Assembly (NCBI GenBank): GCA_963790825.1
Contig: CAWBPM010000002.1
Span: 4,721-68,720, forward strand
Reading direction: 5' to 3'
DNA: 64,000 nt
DNA from: Candidatus Levyibacteriota bacterium
GTDB taxonomy: Bacteria; Patescibacteriota; Microgenomatia; Levybacterales; UBA12049
Part shown: positions 28,938 through 39,317 of the stretch, piece by piece
Layout: each line of letters starts with the position of its first letter
Position numbering within the stretch: position 1 is the stretch's first letter
Notes under the pieces: generated by a model
The model's input: the letters and a program-made list of their open reading frames with translations, nothing else
Databases searched by the model: none
Told to the model about the DNA's origin: nothing
Made by a program: the position numbers and the translations under genes

Positions 28938-29639
28938 ATGCAAGACACGGCTGTAGTTATTCCGGCATTTAATGAGAGCGAGAACTTAACAATTCTTGTC
29001 AGGAAGATTATTGAAAATATTCCGCGGGGGAAAATATTCATTGTCGATGATTCTTCAGGAGACGAAAGATTAAAACTCGAAAAGATAATTGCACCGTATA
29101 AAGATAGTATACGGTTATTATCCCGAAACGAAAAAGGAGGAAGAGGAAGTGCGGTACTGCTGGGATTTAAGGAGGCACTCAAAGACAAAAAAATAAAATA
29201 TTTTTTTGAGATGGATGCGGACCTAGCGCATAATCCTAAAGAAATTAATAAATTTTTAGGTTTGTCTGAAAAATTTGATGTCATAATTGGTTCTCGATAT
29301 AAAAGCGGGAGTAAAATAACTAAATGGCCGCTAAGAAGACTAATTACCAGCAGAATAATAAATATTTTCCTTAATCTTTTATTTGGACTTAAGCTTAGCG
29401 ATTATACAAATGGGTTTCGGTTTTATAACAAAAAGGCCGTTGAATTTTTAATGACTTCAAAGTTAAAAGAGACAGGTTTTATAGCTCTTTCGGAAAGCGT
29501 CTATAAGTTAAAAAGAGCGGGGTATAAAATTGGAGAAATAGCGACAAGCTTTACTGATAGAAAATACGGGAAATCAAATGCCGGTATAGCCGAGCACCTG
29601 AGAGCTTTGTACGGGATGGTAAGAATTAGATTATCATAA
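28938..29639 (+). CDS. GT2 polyprenol-phosphate glycosyltransferase (DPM1-like)
   Basis: VVIPAFNESENL, IVDDSSGD and GSRY/GFRFY blocks. Length is 233 aa. Confidence 0.75.
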   Translation: MQDTAVVIPAFNESENLTILVRKIIENIPRGKIFIVDDSSGDERLKLEKIIAPYKDSIRLLSRNEKGGRGSAVLLGFKEALKDKKIKYFFEMDADLAHNPKEINKFLGLSEKFDVIIGSRYKSGSKITKWPLRRLITSRIINIFLNLLFGLKLSDYTNGFRFYNKKAVEFLMTSKLKETGFIALSESVYKLKRAGYKIGEIATSFTDRKYGKSNAGIAEHLRALYGMVRIRLS

Positions 29640-29655
29640 TCGTATGTTAAATAGT

Positions 29656-31284
29656 TTATCTAAAAATAAGAATTGATCCTCCGACTAAATCTGCCGGTTT
29701 CCGATTTTTCAAAGCTTGATCAGTGTAATAACCACAAAAATACCAGCAGGTAACGCTGATTGCTAGGGTGTGACCCCTTAGTTGCATTGGCACTATCTTC
29801 TTTTGATCACTCATACTGCGATCTTTTATACGTTCATAATGTATGCCGTATTTGGTCGGCAGCGCTGTACCCATATAAGCAAGCTGCAAATTATTTATCT
29901 TTTGTGTTTGTTGGTAACTCGCCAGATCAATTAGTCCCTGTCCCAGGTCCATATTTCCTTCTGCTAAATATTTGTACCCGTTTTCACTGCCGCCGACCAA
30001 CTCGTTAAAATAAGATAGATAATGAGGATACACTGACAATGTTCCTAACATATACCAAATAGTAAAAACAAAAAGTATATATGAAAAATATTTTTTTCTT
30101 TGCACTATATTTATTATTTGACTCGTGTAAATGATTATCAGAGGATAAATAGAAAGAATATAACGAAGTACCAACAGTACGTGAGTAAATAAAGTAGAAG
30201 CCAATATAACGCCTAGTGGTATAAGAAGCAGTAAGTTTTCTCTATTTTTGTTTCGAAAATACAAAAGACTAAAGATAAAAAAAATTATTAAGGGCAAAGG
30301 TGTCTTAATAAGAAATACCGGCAAGAGAAAAAATCCGTAAAATCCATTTTTTGAATAATTGCCCCAAAACACAGACTCTTTTACAAAATCGGTGGTATAA
30401 TTAGTTCGCGAATCCTCCTTGATTGTGCTTATATAACTGCCTAAAGGTATCGGTTGATTTAAGGCAAAGTTAATTATGGTGTTATGTTTGGCCAACCTTA
30501 AGGCTTCCCTTTGTGGATCAAATCTATATCCCAAAGCCGGTTCAAAAGTAAAAAAATATGTAGACCATAAGGAAAAAAAAGTAACGGATATAAAAATAAG
30601 TATAGTTATAACTTTACCTCTCCAATATCTGGTCCTAAATAAAGCCTTTTTTTTGTCCAAAACGAGAAACAGTCCTAATGTGAAAAAAAGATAGATAAAA
30701 TTGGTAAACTTAGCTGCCAATGTTAACCCTGCCACAAGAGAAAAAAGTATCAATTTTTTATAAGTCATCCGTTTCCTAAAAAGAAAATATAAAAATAATG
30801 TTAATATGAAAAAAAATGTGGAGATCAGGTCTGTCATGGCGTAGTGGCCCTGCGCTAATATCTCCGGCTCGAAAACATATAATAATAATGCAAATAAACC
30901 CGGCCTAACTCCGTAAAGTTTTTTGGCAAATATATAAACAAGTATCCCCAAACAAAGTGTAAAGAAGACTACAATTAGACGGGGAAGCAAGAGTATTTTA
31001 TCATTTAAGACGTTTTGCTGAAAAAGCATCGGGAATGCAACAAGTTCTCGAGTGAAAGGAGGACTAAAAGGTTCCGCGCGGAAATCATGATTAGTTAGAA
31101 ACGAAAAACCAGCCGGAACATGAATTAATTCGTCAAATACCGGTGATTCGCGGTAAATACTGCTTAGCAAAAGGAAGGCCAAAACAATACTACAAATTGC
31201 AACGACAATATATTCAAGCGGAATAGATAGTATGCGTTTATTAAATAATTTATCTTTTGTAGGTTTCCTTGTAGTAGATGCCAT
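29656..31284 (-). CDS. GT-C polytopic glycosyltransferase (ArnT/PMT family)
   Basis: More than 10 TM helices, with a DE motif in the first loop (PVFDELIH). It is paired with the adjacent DPM1-like GT2. Confidence 0.6.
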   Translation of the reverse strand: MASTTRKPTKDKLFNKRILSIPLEYIVVAICSIVLAFLLLSSIYRESPVFDELIHVPAGFSFLTNHDFRAEPFSPPFTRELVAFPMLFQQNVLNDKILLLPRLIVVFFTLCLGILVYIFAKKLYGVRPGLFALLLYVFEPEILAQGHYAMTDLISTFFFILTLFLYFLFRKRMTYKKLILFSLVAGLTLAAKFTNFIYLFFTLGLFLVLDKKKALFRTRYWRGKVITILIFISVTFFSLWSTYFFTFEPALGYRFDPQREALRLAKHNTIINFALNQPIPLGSYISTIKEDSRTNYTTDFVKESVFWGNYSKNGFYGFFLLPVFLIKTPLPLIIFFIFSLLYFRNKNRENLLLLIPLGVILASTLFTHVLLVLRYILSIYPLIIIYTSQIINIVQRKKYFSYILFVFTIWYMLGTLSVYPHYLSYFNELVGGSENGYKYLAEGNMDLGQGLIDLASYQQTQKINNLQLAYMGTALPTKYGIHYERIKDRSMSDQKKIVPMQLRGHTLAISVTCWYFCGYYTDQALKNRKPADLVGGSILIFR

Positions 31285-31396
31285 GAGTAGAGTATAGCAC
31301 TTATAGGATGTATCGCGACTTATTTATTCATTTATTCATAGAACTTACTTATCGTTTCTCATCACTCAATTCACTAAATTTTTTTTATTATCTCTC

Positions 31397-31425
31397 TTGA
31401 CAAGGAAATAAGTAATCTCTACTAT
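31397..31425 (+). promoter_or_regulatory. sigma70-like promoter (TTGACA, 17 nt spacer, TACTAT) giving a near-leaderless transcript
   Basis: Read directly from the sequence; the -10 box ends 6 nt before the ATG at 31432. Confidence 0.35.
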
Positions 31426-31431
31426 AGAAAT

Positions 31432-32031
31432 ATGGACGATATTCCTGCCCAATCTGATCCAAACGCTCCGGTAATTCCACCGCCTGTTACCACTAGTTCA
31501 ACGGCTCCTGTTCCCCAAGTTCCGACGAGTATGAATATGAAACCTTCTATAGCTGCTTCCTCCAGTAGTATGTGGGATGCTTTTGAGCACATTTTGCTTT
31601 TTATCAGTCTTTATGTGATGGCGATGTCTATCGCACTTGTTTTGCATTATTTTGCAGACAAATGGTCACCGGGCATACCGACCCACCCAGAATACTCATC
31701 AGTAACGAATTCATTTCAAGATACGATGTTTCGGGGGTATTTGGCAGCACTTATCGTTTCAACGCCCTTGTTTTCCTTATTTTTTCTTCTGGTTTCGAAG
31801 CGAACGTTTGCTAATCCAGGTATAAAAAATCTTCGATCACGAAAAATACTTATTTATCTAACGCTTATTATCACGTTTCTCATTATGCTTTCAAATATCA
31901 TTGTTTTGGTGTTCGATTTTTTAAACGGTAATGTCACGTTGAATTTCGTCATTCATTTTTTGATTACCGGACTGGTAAGCGGAATCGTATTTTACTATTA
32001 TCTTTTACAAATTCTGTCCGACAGAAAATAA
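31432..32031 (+). CDS. hypothetical membrane protein (Pro/Ser-rich N-terminus plus 4 TM helices)
   Basis: Compositional and hydropathy features only. Confidence 0.5.
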   Translation: MDDIPAQSDPNAPVIPPPVTTSSTAPVPQVPTSMNMKPSIAASSSSMWDAFEHILLFISLYVMAMSIALVLHYFADKWSPGIPTHPEYSSVTNSFQDTMFRGYLAALIVSTPLFSLFFLLVSKRTFANPGIKNLRSRKILIYLTLIITFLIMLSNIIVLVFDFLNGNVTLNFVIHFLITGLVSGIVFYYYLLQILSDRK

Positions 32032-32032
32032 C

Positions 32033-32893
32033 ATGCGTAAATATTATGTTTTTATTGCTTTACTCAGTATTTTCGCTCTCATTCTTGTTGTGATTGGCTT
32101 CCTCATCGTTGGCACACCATTCTCTCAACGTGATATTCAGCTCGATACATCTAGATTAACCAGCTTTAGTGCGATTTCTACTGCTATCACCACCTACCAG
32201 GAGGAAAATAACGGAACTTTGCCGACTGATTTAAGTAAACTGCCCATTAACGGTGGAATACTTTCTCTCAACGATCCTGAAACTAATAAACCGTATGATT
32301 ATAAAGTTATATCATCACAAACCTATGAACTTTGTACGACATTTAGTACAGATTCGTCAAAAACGAACACTACCCCTACGTATTCATATTATGCAGTGAA
32401 AACAGATCACCCGAAAGGATATGCTTGTATCACGTATAAAGGCCAAGATTACAACAATTATATCTATAATAATCCAACTCCAATACCTCCTCAACCAGTA
32501 ACACCAGTAACAGATATAAAGATATTGTCACCAAAACTGAATGAAGTCCTTTGTATGGGTAGTTCGTATCAAATCCAATATGAAGCAACGACTGATATTG
32601 AGGGTATCGGGTTTGATATAAAAGGTCCGGCAAGTTTTATGACACAAATATCAACAGATTTTTCCCCGGTAAAAAATCAACCAGCACCTGGATTAACCGG
32701 ATATAATAAAGGTTCATACGCTTGGACTGTCGGTCAAACAATTTCAAAAGTCGGACTTAATCCCGGATTCGGTTATCAACTTGAAGTAATTGCATCCACG
32801 GGCGGTTCATCCGACAAGTTTTTTTACAGCGATTTATTCACCATTTCTAATTCCTGCAATTCTTCAACAACCGGAACAAAAACAACGCAGTAA
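32033..32893 (+). CDS. hypothetical N-terminally anchored exported protein
   Basis: N-terminal TM helix and a Ser/Thr/Tyr-rich extracytoplasmic domain. Start is tightly coupled to the upstream gene. Confidence 0.5.
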   Translation: MRKYYVFIALLSIFALILVVIGFLIVGTPFSQRDIQLDTSRLTSFSAISTAITTYQEENNGTLPTDLSKLPINGGILSLNDPETNKPYDYKVISSQTYELCTTFSTDSSKTNTTPTYSYYAVKTDHPKGYACITYKGQDYNNYIYNNPTPIPPQPVTPVTDIKILSPKLNEVLCMGSSYQIQYEATTDIEGIGFDIKGPASFMTQISTDFSPVKNQPAPGLTGYNKGSYAWTVGQTISKVGLNPGFGYQLEVIASTGGSSDKFFYSDLFTISNSCNSSTTGTKTTQ

Positions 32894-33370
32894 CGACGGT
32901 ACCTCGTGTAATCTATACAATTCTTCTCAGTATATTTCTGGCATTTTTCATCGGGTCGGGAATTAACACCTTTTATTCGCAGCCAATCTATCAAATGCCT
33001 GCTACCTGCATGGCGCCGGCAGGGAAAATAGGTCCCAACTCTGCTGACCAGCGGAAATGCCAGAAAGCACAGGAATTTTTGCAAGTAAAGAATAATTTTT
33101 ATTCTCAGATCGTTTCGTTACTTGCACTGATAGAGGTAGTCATATATTTTACGATAAGTTTTATCGTTTTTCGCAATCAACTAATTTTTTCCTAGGATTT
33201 TTATTTGGCAGTATGTTTACGCTTTTATACAGCCTGCTTCGGAGTTTTAATAGTAATCAGTCCTCAATTTTCATTTCTGATTGTTGTTATTTCACTTATA
33301 CTGGTTATGATAATTGTTTATCTTCGTTTTATCAAGCCGGAAACTCCCCTGGAAAATAATCTTTTCTTTT

Positions 33371-34639
33371 TTATGGTTTTCCGATAACTAAACATGTATT
33401 AATTCCACCAAAGCCAAAGGAATTGTTTACTCCTACATCAACTTGAGGGAGATATTGCGCCTCATTTGCTACTACATTATAGCCTTCAATTGACGGGTCA
33501 GGGTCTTCAAGGTGTAAGGTTGGAGGTACATTGCCGGTGAGAAGCGCCTTAATAGTTACGATTGTTTCAATTACGCCAGATGCTCCCATGGTATGACCCA
33601 GGGAACTCTTTGGGGCAGTTATTGCAACTCTGTCTGGTTTAGGAAAAACTTCACGTATACCTTCCATTTCCGTATCATCCCCTTTAAGAGTACTGGTTGC
33701 ATGTGCCTTCACAAGATAATAGTTATCTTCTCCTGTCATTCCGGCCATTCCCAAAGCTTTTCTCATCGCACTTACAGAACCTACTCCACTTGGCTCAGTT
33801 GCTTTATATGCATCGGCTGTTGCTCCATAACCAAGGATTCTACCGAGAATAGGAGCATGTAATTTTTTTGCGAGTGCTTCTGTAGCTAAAAAAATTACTC
33901 CCGCCCCTTCACTCATAACAAATCCATTCCTTTTTCTATCAAATGGCCGACTGGCTCTATCCGGGTCGGTTTCAGGAGACAATGCATGTATAGACTCAAA
34001 ATATTTGTACACTTGTGAAACCAAAGAGGCCTCTGTGCCTCCGGCTATCATGCCATCAGCTTGATCTAAGCGAATTATGTCGACTGCTCGTATGAGTGCG
34101 TCAAGACCCGTTGCACAAGCTGCAACGTTAGTCGAGAGAGGGCCTTCTGCTTTTACGAGAATACTTAAAGCTGTAGAAACAGTTTCGGGTTGGATCTTAA
34201 GCACTGCAGTACCTAGGCTTCCACCTTCTAACATTTTTTTATAGTCAGGACCGATCCCGGATGTTCCTCCTCCTCCTGTCCCGATCTGCGTCCCAATTCT
34301 TTCCCTATACTCAGGAAGGATCTTATTATCAGAACCTAAAACATTAGCTTGATATAAAGCCGGAAAAGCAGCAGCCAATCCCAATTGCGTTGCTCTGGCA
34401 TAACGATCATCTAATTTCTTAAGTTCTTTCTCATTCAATATTCCGCGGAAAACTTCAGAGGGGTTAAAATCAGTAATCTGTCCGGCAACTTTTATGTTTG
34501 AATATTCAGGACTGACAGAAGATATGCCCGTTTTACCGTTAAGTGCATTTTGCCACATCACTTCAACCCCAATACCATTTGGTGTTACTACACCCATTCC
34601 GGCTATAACAATACTTCTTGACTCAACAGCTGGTAACAT
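33371..34639 (-). CDS. fabF: 3-oxoacyl-[acyl-carrier-protein] synthase II (KAS II)
   Basis: Active-site blocks ACATG (Cys), HATSTLKGD (His) and GHTMGASG (His). Length is 422 aa. Confidence 0.85.
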   Translation of the reverse strand: MLPAVESRSIVIAGMGVVTPNGIGVEVMWQNALNGKTGISSVSPEYSNIKVAGQITDFNPSEVFRGILNEKELKKLDDRYARATQLGLAAAFPALYQANVLGSDNKILPEYRERIGTQIGTGGGGTSGIGPDYKKMLEGGSLGTAVLKIQPETVSTALSILVKAEGPLSTNVAACATGLDALIRAVDIIRLDQADGMIAGGTEASLVSQVYKYFESIHALSPETDPDRASRPFDRKRNGFVMSEGAGVIFLATEALAKKLHAPILGRILGYGATADAYKATEPSGVGSVSAMRKALGMAGMTGEDNYYLVKAHATSTLKGDDTEMEGIREVFPKPDRVAITAPKSSLGHTMGASGVIETIVTIKALLTGNVPPTLHLEDPDPSIEGYNVVANEAQYLPQVDVGVNNSFGFGGINTCLVIGKP

Positions 34640-34777
34640 ACTATTTCTTATTGTATCACTTTATATACCAGAATACGAGCAGAAAATTTTACAGATATCT
34701 ATCATTTGTGTTAGCCGATTGACAGTCAGAATATTGCTATTGTATTATTTCTAAAAAAGCAAGACACATGATAATAT

Positions 34778-36277
34778 ATGATACTAAATAATATGCCAAA
34801 TAAAATCCGGCTAAAAAAAATTACAAAGAATACAAAAATACTTTGGCTTATCAGTATACTATCCATTATTTTTTCTCTGGCAATTGGCCTGGACATTTCA
34901 CCTTTTCTGCGTGGACCGGCGCCGTACTTTCCGGATTGGCGCTGGACATATCAATTCACCAATACACTTACGAAGTTATGGTTTCCTCTTGTGGTATTTG
35001 CTGGCATACTTTTCTATACAAATAATTTAGAAAAAAAATCTGAACAAAATCTAAGAAAGCACGAGAAAAAATACCTGCTACTCTTATTGATTCTTTCATT
35101 TTTATTCCAAATCTCAGTTATTTATTACAGTCGGGCAGGACTTGGGGTATTTCTTCATCGCATTATTACTCCGGGAATCAGCGGCTATTTTTCTACTTCG
35201 TTACCCATTAAAAATATTTCTGTGTTTTTGTCTCTCTATCAGCAAAATGTCGGCAGTTATCCTATGTATGCACGGTTTCATCCGCCGGGATCAATATTGA
35301 TTTTCTACTTTTTCGAACAAATTATTCGTTTATTTCCCAGCATAGACTTTGTGACATATATTACAATTCGTCATACTGACGTGAACACAATCTGGAATAG
35401 TCTTTTGCCCTACCAAAAGATAGCAGGACTTTCTTCAGGATTCCTGATCTCTTTTCTTTCAGGGTTAACGATCATCCCTCTTTATTATTTAAGTAAATTA
35501 ATCTATTCTACGAAAACTGCGATTCGGGCAGGTATTCTATTTATCCTTATCCCAAGTGTGACCTTATTCCTCCCTCTCAATGATTGCTTCTTCCCGCTAT
35601 TTTCTGCAGTCTCATTATTCTTCTTTCTCAAAGGAATCAAAGAAAAAAATAAGATAGACATTGGTATTTCAGGAATAATCTTGTTTTTAGGAGTGTTTTT
35701 TACATTAACGTCACTATCTCTGTTATTTGCTTTTTTTATCATCTATCTTTTATCTGCCCGGAAGAAAAATCTAAAAATTATATACTTTCTGCCAGTCGTA
35801 TTATATTTTAGCTTTGGTTTTCTCTTGCTTCCGATATTATTTTATTTTATTTATCACTTTAACAGTATTACAGTTATGCAAACACTACTTGCCTATCACA
35901 ATCATGTGCAATCGTCCCGTAATAATCCGTTATGGCTGATTTATAATTATTATGATTTTTTTGTTTTTATTGGCCTGCCGCTGGCGGTACTATTTTTTAT
36001 CATGTTAAAAGACGAATTACAAAAAATTTATTTTAGACAAAAAATTGACACACTATTTATTTCGTTTTGTCTTATGACAATAATAATTGATATCATGGGA
36101 ACGACAAATGCTGAGGTAGGAAGAATTTGGCTGCCGTTTTTCCCGCTCATTTTACTACCACTGGTAAATTTCTTAACAAATCGACTTAAATTTACCAGGT
36201 CTGATTATTTAATTTTTTTACTATTACAGGGAATTCAGGTAATTATTTTACAAACCTTTTGGGTGACGGTTTGGTAG
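34778..36277 (+). CDS. polytopic membrane protein (GT-C-like, about 12 TM helices)
   Basis: Hydropathy pattern only, in a glycosyltransferase-rich context. Confidence 0.45.
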   Translation: MILNNMPNKIRLKKITKNTKILWLISILSIIFSLAIGLDISPFLRGPAPYFPDWRWTYQFTNTLTKLWFPLVVFAGILFYTNNLEKKSEQNLRKHEKKYLLLLLILSFLFQISVIYYSRAGLGVFLHRIITPGISGYFSTSLPIKNISVFLSLYQQNVGSYPMYARFHPPGSILIFYFFEQIIRLFPSIDFVTYITIRHTDVNTIWNSLLPYQKIAGLSSGFLISFLSGLTIIPLYYLSKLIYSTKTAIRAGILFILIPSVTLFLPLNDCFFPLFSAVSLFFFLKGIKEKNKIDIGISGIILFLGVFFTLTSLSLLFAFFIIYLLSARKKNLKIIYFLPVVLYFSFGFLLLPILFYFIYHFNSITVMQTLLAYHNHVQSSRNNPLWLIYNYYDFFVFIGLPLAVLFFIMLKDELQKIYFRQKIDTLFISFCLMTIIIDIMGTTNAEVGRIWLPFFPLILLPLVNFLTNRLKFTRSDYLIFLLLQGIQVIILQTFWVTVW

Positions 36278-36337
36278 GAAATATTCTCTTATCTCAGTCT
36301 CTGCAAGTTTCTCCCTTTTCCTTTATAATAAAGAAAA

Positions 36338-37867
36338 ATGAAAAAGTGGTTGATTGCCATTTGTATTTTACTTTTTGCTCTCTCGCTTAGGCTATGGAAT
36401 TTGAATATGATGGGAAGATGGTGGGACGAAGGATGGTACGTAGAGAAGGGCTACCATTTTATTCAAGACATCAAAATGGGAAATTTTTCCGACCCGTTTT
36501 GGTATACGGACGGAACGGATCACCCGCCATTGTCAAGCTATTTTTACGGGATAGCGTCGTACAATAATTTTATCAGATATGATCCAAATACTATAAATAA
36601 TTTTCCCAGTTGGCCGAAAGGATCGCCTATTTTCCACTATGATCTAACATCCCCGCGTTTGGTATCTGTTTTTGTTTCCTGCCTTGCAATATTATTAGTC
36701 TTTTTTATGGCAACCTCATATTTCTCTTTATTTGTTGGTATAGTCTCTGCGGTAATCCTCGCCATGCTCCCTCATTTTCTAGGATTTTCACAATTAGTAG
36801 ATTTGGAAAGCTGGATTATGCTTTTTTTTACTGCTTGTGTTTATTCCTATTTACTCTATTTGGAAACCAGAAAACGATCCTTTTTACTCCTAACCGGAAT
36901 CCTAACCGGCTTAAGCCTTGCAGTCAAACAATCTGATATTCTTATTTTCTTTTTCTATCTCGGCGTATTTTTTATCTGGAAAAAAATGAGCAAAAATAAG
37001 ACAGTTTCATTTTCCCATCTACTCCCAATTATTCTTTTAAGCATGTTAACATTTTTTCTTGTCTGTCCCATACCGTGGTTTCACCCAAAAGAATTTTTGC
37101 AGTATACTTATCAGTTATGGTTTCAGAATGAAGGCCTTATTCCGGAGTTAATTTTTGGTAAGTCTATGGGTGCCCATTTTTTCTATTATATTCTGGCTTT
37201 TTTAATCACCACGCCAATTATTGTCCTGCTCTTAACAGGTGTCGGTCTATTCGTTGCAAAAAAACAAAAAAACTGGCATTCCTCAGCTGTAATTATATGG
37301 TTTCTGGTTCCGTTCTTGATGACGTTCTTTCACGAGCGGCAAAATATGGTGCGCTACGTTATTGAAGTATATGCTCCGCTATCAATTCTTGCTGCTATTG
37401 GACTCGAGTTTGTTATGCATAAATTCAGCAAAAATGCAGTAGTTACATATGCAGGGCTTATTTTCGTCGGCGGGTATCTTTTTCTTATTTTATTGCAAAT
37501 CACGCCGTATTATTTAGATTATTATAACGAGTTAGTCGGAGGGACAAAAAATGTGTACGAAAAACAGCTATTCTTCATCGGCTGGTTCGGAGAAGGACTT
37601 CGCGGTCCCGGTCTCTATATTGCAATTCATGCCCATCCACACTCCCGGATCGGTATGGCATTAGATCCTGTGCAAACCCTATATACTGTTCCGACATTAC
37701 ATTATGAATTATTCGACTCTCAGAAAAAGTACGACTACGTTGTAGTCAATGCGTTTAACATCACACGAATGGGATTTAAGGAAAATATACTGCTAAAAAA
37801 ATACAGACTTGTGTATACGGAAAAAGCCGGTGGGGCAGATATTGCCCATGTTTACAAACATATATAG
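36338..37867 (+). CDS. GT-C glycosyltransferase (GT39/GT83-like, ArnT/PMT family)
   Basis: N-terminal WDEGWY (DE motif) after the first TM helix, followed by a polytopic membrane domain. Confidence 0.6.
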   Translation: MKKWLIAICILLFALSLRLWNLNMMGRWWDEGWYVEKGYHFIQDIKMGNFSDPFWYTDGTDHPPLSSYFYGIASYNNFIRYDPNTINNFPSWPKGSPIFHYDLTSPRLVSVFVSCLAILLVFFMATSYFSLFVGIVSAVILAMLPHFLGFSQLVDLESWIMLFFTACVYSYLLYLETRKRSFLLLTGILTGLSLAVKQSDILIFFFYLGVFFIWKKMSKNKTVSFSHLLPIILLSMLTFFLVCPIPWFHPKEFLQYTYQLWFQNEGLIPELIFGKSMGAHFFYYILAFLITTPIIVLLLTGVGLFVAKKQKNWHSSAVIIWFLVPFLMTFFHERQNMVRYVIEVYAPLSILAAIGLEFVMHKFSKNAVVTYAGLIFVGGYLFLILLQITPYYLDYYNELVGGTKNVYEKQLFFIGWFGEGLRGPGLYIAIHAHPHSRIGMALDPVQTLYTVPTLHYELFDSQKKYDYVVVNAFNITRMGFKENILLKKYRLVYTEKAGGADIAHVYKHI

Positions 37868-37988
37868 CAAGACTCTACTGATTTGGACGGAACTTTTCCT
37901 AAAAATAGAATTGACTCTTCTGCCAATAACTTATTTTCTTGCAATACGCAGCTGCACTTGTTACGATTTTATAGTACCGAAGTTACAT

Positions 37989-39308
37989 ATGGAAGAAATA
38001 GAAGAAAAAGCGAAAGAAGAAGTTGTAGAAGTAAAACAGGAATTTAATAAATTCCTCCGCATTATGGGACCGGGACTGATTACCGGTGCTGCCGATGATG
38101 ATCCTTCGGGTATCGCGACGTATTCACAAACCGGTGCGGAGTTTGGCTACGGACAGCTCTGGACTGCGCTTTTTATGCTTCCCATTCAGGCAGCGACGCA
38201 AGAAGCTTGTGCGCGCATTGGTGCGGTAACAGGTAAGGGACTCGTCGCAGTTATTAAAGAAAACTATAGTAAAAAAATTGTTTACGCTGCGGTGATACTG
38301 GTACTTATTGCCAACACAATTAATATTGGCGCAGACCTGGGCGCGATGGCGGCGGCGACACAGCTTCTCATTCCCATTGACTTTGCTTTTCTTGCTCTTT
38401 TGTATACGGCATTTGTGCTTCTACTCGAAGTGTTTACGTCATATAAAATTTATGCCCGAATTCTGAAATGGTTAGCACTCGCGCTCCTATCCTACCCTCT
38501 AACCATGTTTATCATTCATGAGCCATGGATGACAATTCTAAAAGCGACATTTGTTCCTCATTTTGAGCTTAATTTTGCCTTCCTATTTATCATTACCGGA
38601 GTATTGGGCACTACTATTTCACCGTATATGTTTTTCTGGCAAGCATCGGAAGAAGTAGAAGAAGAAAAAGAGATTGGGTTAAGAAAGGTAGATGGAAAAC
38701 CAAAGCTTTCAAAGAGGTTTATTCGTAATTTGCGCTTAGATAATTTTTTGGGTATGCTGGCTTCTGAAGTTGGAACCTGGAGTATTATTATTGTTGCGGC
38801 GACGGTACTTCACGCGCATGGAGTCACGAACATTGCTACTTCTTCGGATGCGGCAAAAGCACTTGAGCCGCTAGTTCATACATTTCCAAATGCCGGATAT
38901 TTAGCAAAAGTTATTTTTGCAATCGGTATTATCGGACTTGGACTGCTTTCTGTTCCCGTGCTTTCCGGTTCTGCATCATATGCGGTTTCTGAAGCATTTA
39001 ATTGGAAAGAGGGTCTCAATCTGAAATTGAAAAAAGCTCATGGATTTTATGGTGTTATTACAATCGCGACTTTGATCGGGCTTTTAATAAATTTTATCGG
39101 TATTGATCCGGTTAAAGCGCTTGTTTTTACAGCGGTTATTAATGGAGTTGTTGCTGTACCGCTTCTTTTTCTAATCGGGAGAATTGCCCAAAATGAAAAA
39201 ATTATGGGAGTACATAAAAGCGGAAAATTATCCAAAACACTTGTTTGGATTACCTTTGCCGGTATGGGGACTGCCGCTATTGCTATGTTTCTAACTCTTT
39301 GGCATTAA
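37989..39308 (+). CDS. mntH: NRAMP-family divalent metal (Mn2+/Fe2+) transporter
   Basis: GPGLITGAADDDPSGIATYSQTGAEFGYGQLW block. Start reassigned to MEEIEEK (37989); the listed ORF at 37809 overlaps the previous gene. Confidence 0.8.
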   Translation: MEEIEEKAKEEVVEVKQEFNKFLRIMGPGLITGAADDDPSGIATYSQTGAEFGYGQLWTALFMLPIQAATQEACARIGAVTGKGLVAVIKENYSKKIVYAAVILVLIANTINIGADLGAMAAATQLLIPIDFAFLALLYTAFVLLLEVFTSYKIYARILKWLALALLSYPLTMFIIHEPWMTILKATFVPHFELNFAFLFIITGVLGTTISPYMFFWQASEEVEEEKEIGLRKVDGKPKLSKRFIRNLRLDNFLGMLASEVGTWSIIIVAATVLHAHGVTNIATSSDAAKALEPLVHTFPNAGYLAKVIFAIGIIGLGLLSVPVLSGSASYAVSEAFNWKEGLNLKLKKAHGFYGVITIATLIGLLINFIGIDPVKALVFTAVINGVVAVPLLFLIGRIAQNEKIMGVHKSGKLSKTLVWITFAGMGTAAIAMFLTLWH

Positions 39309-39317
39309 CTATTTTTT

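Noticed and set aside
37809-37988. Upstream extension of the NRAMP ORF overlapping the preceding GT-C gene
   Set aside because: The conserved NRAMP N-terminus begins at MEEIEEK (37989). The extension overlaps the preceding gene in another frame.
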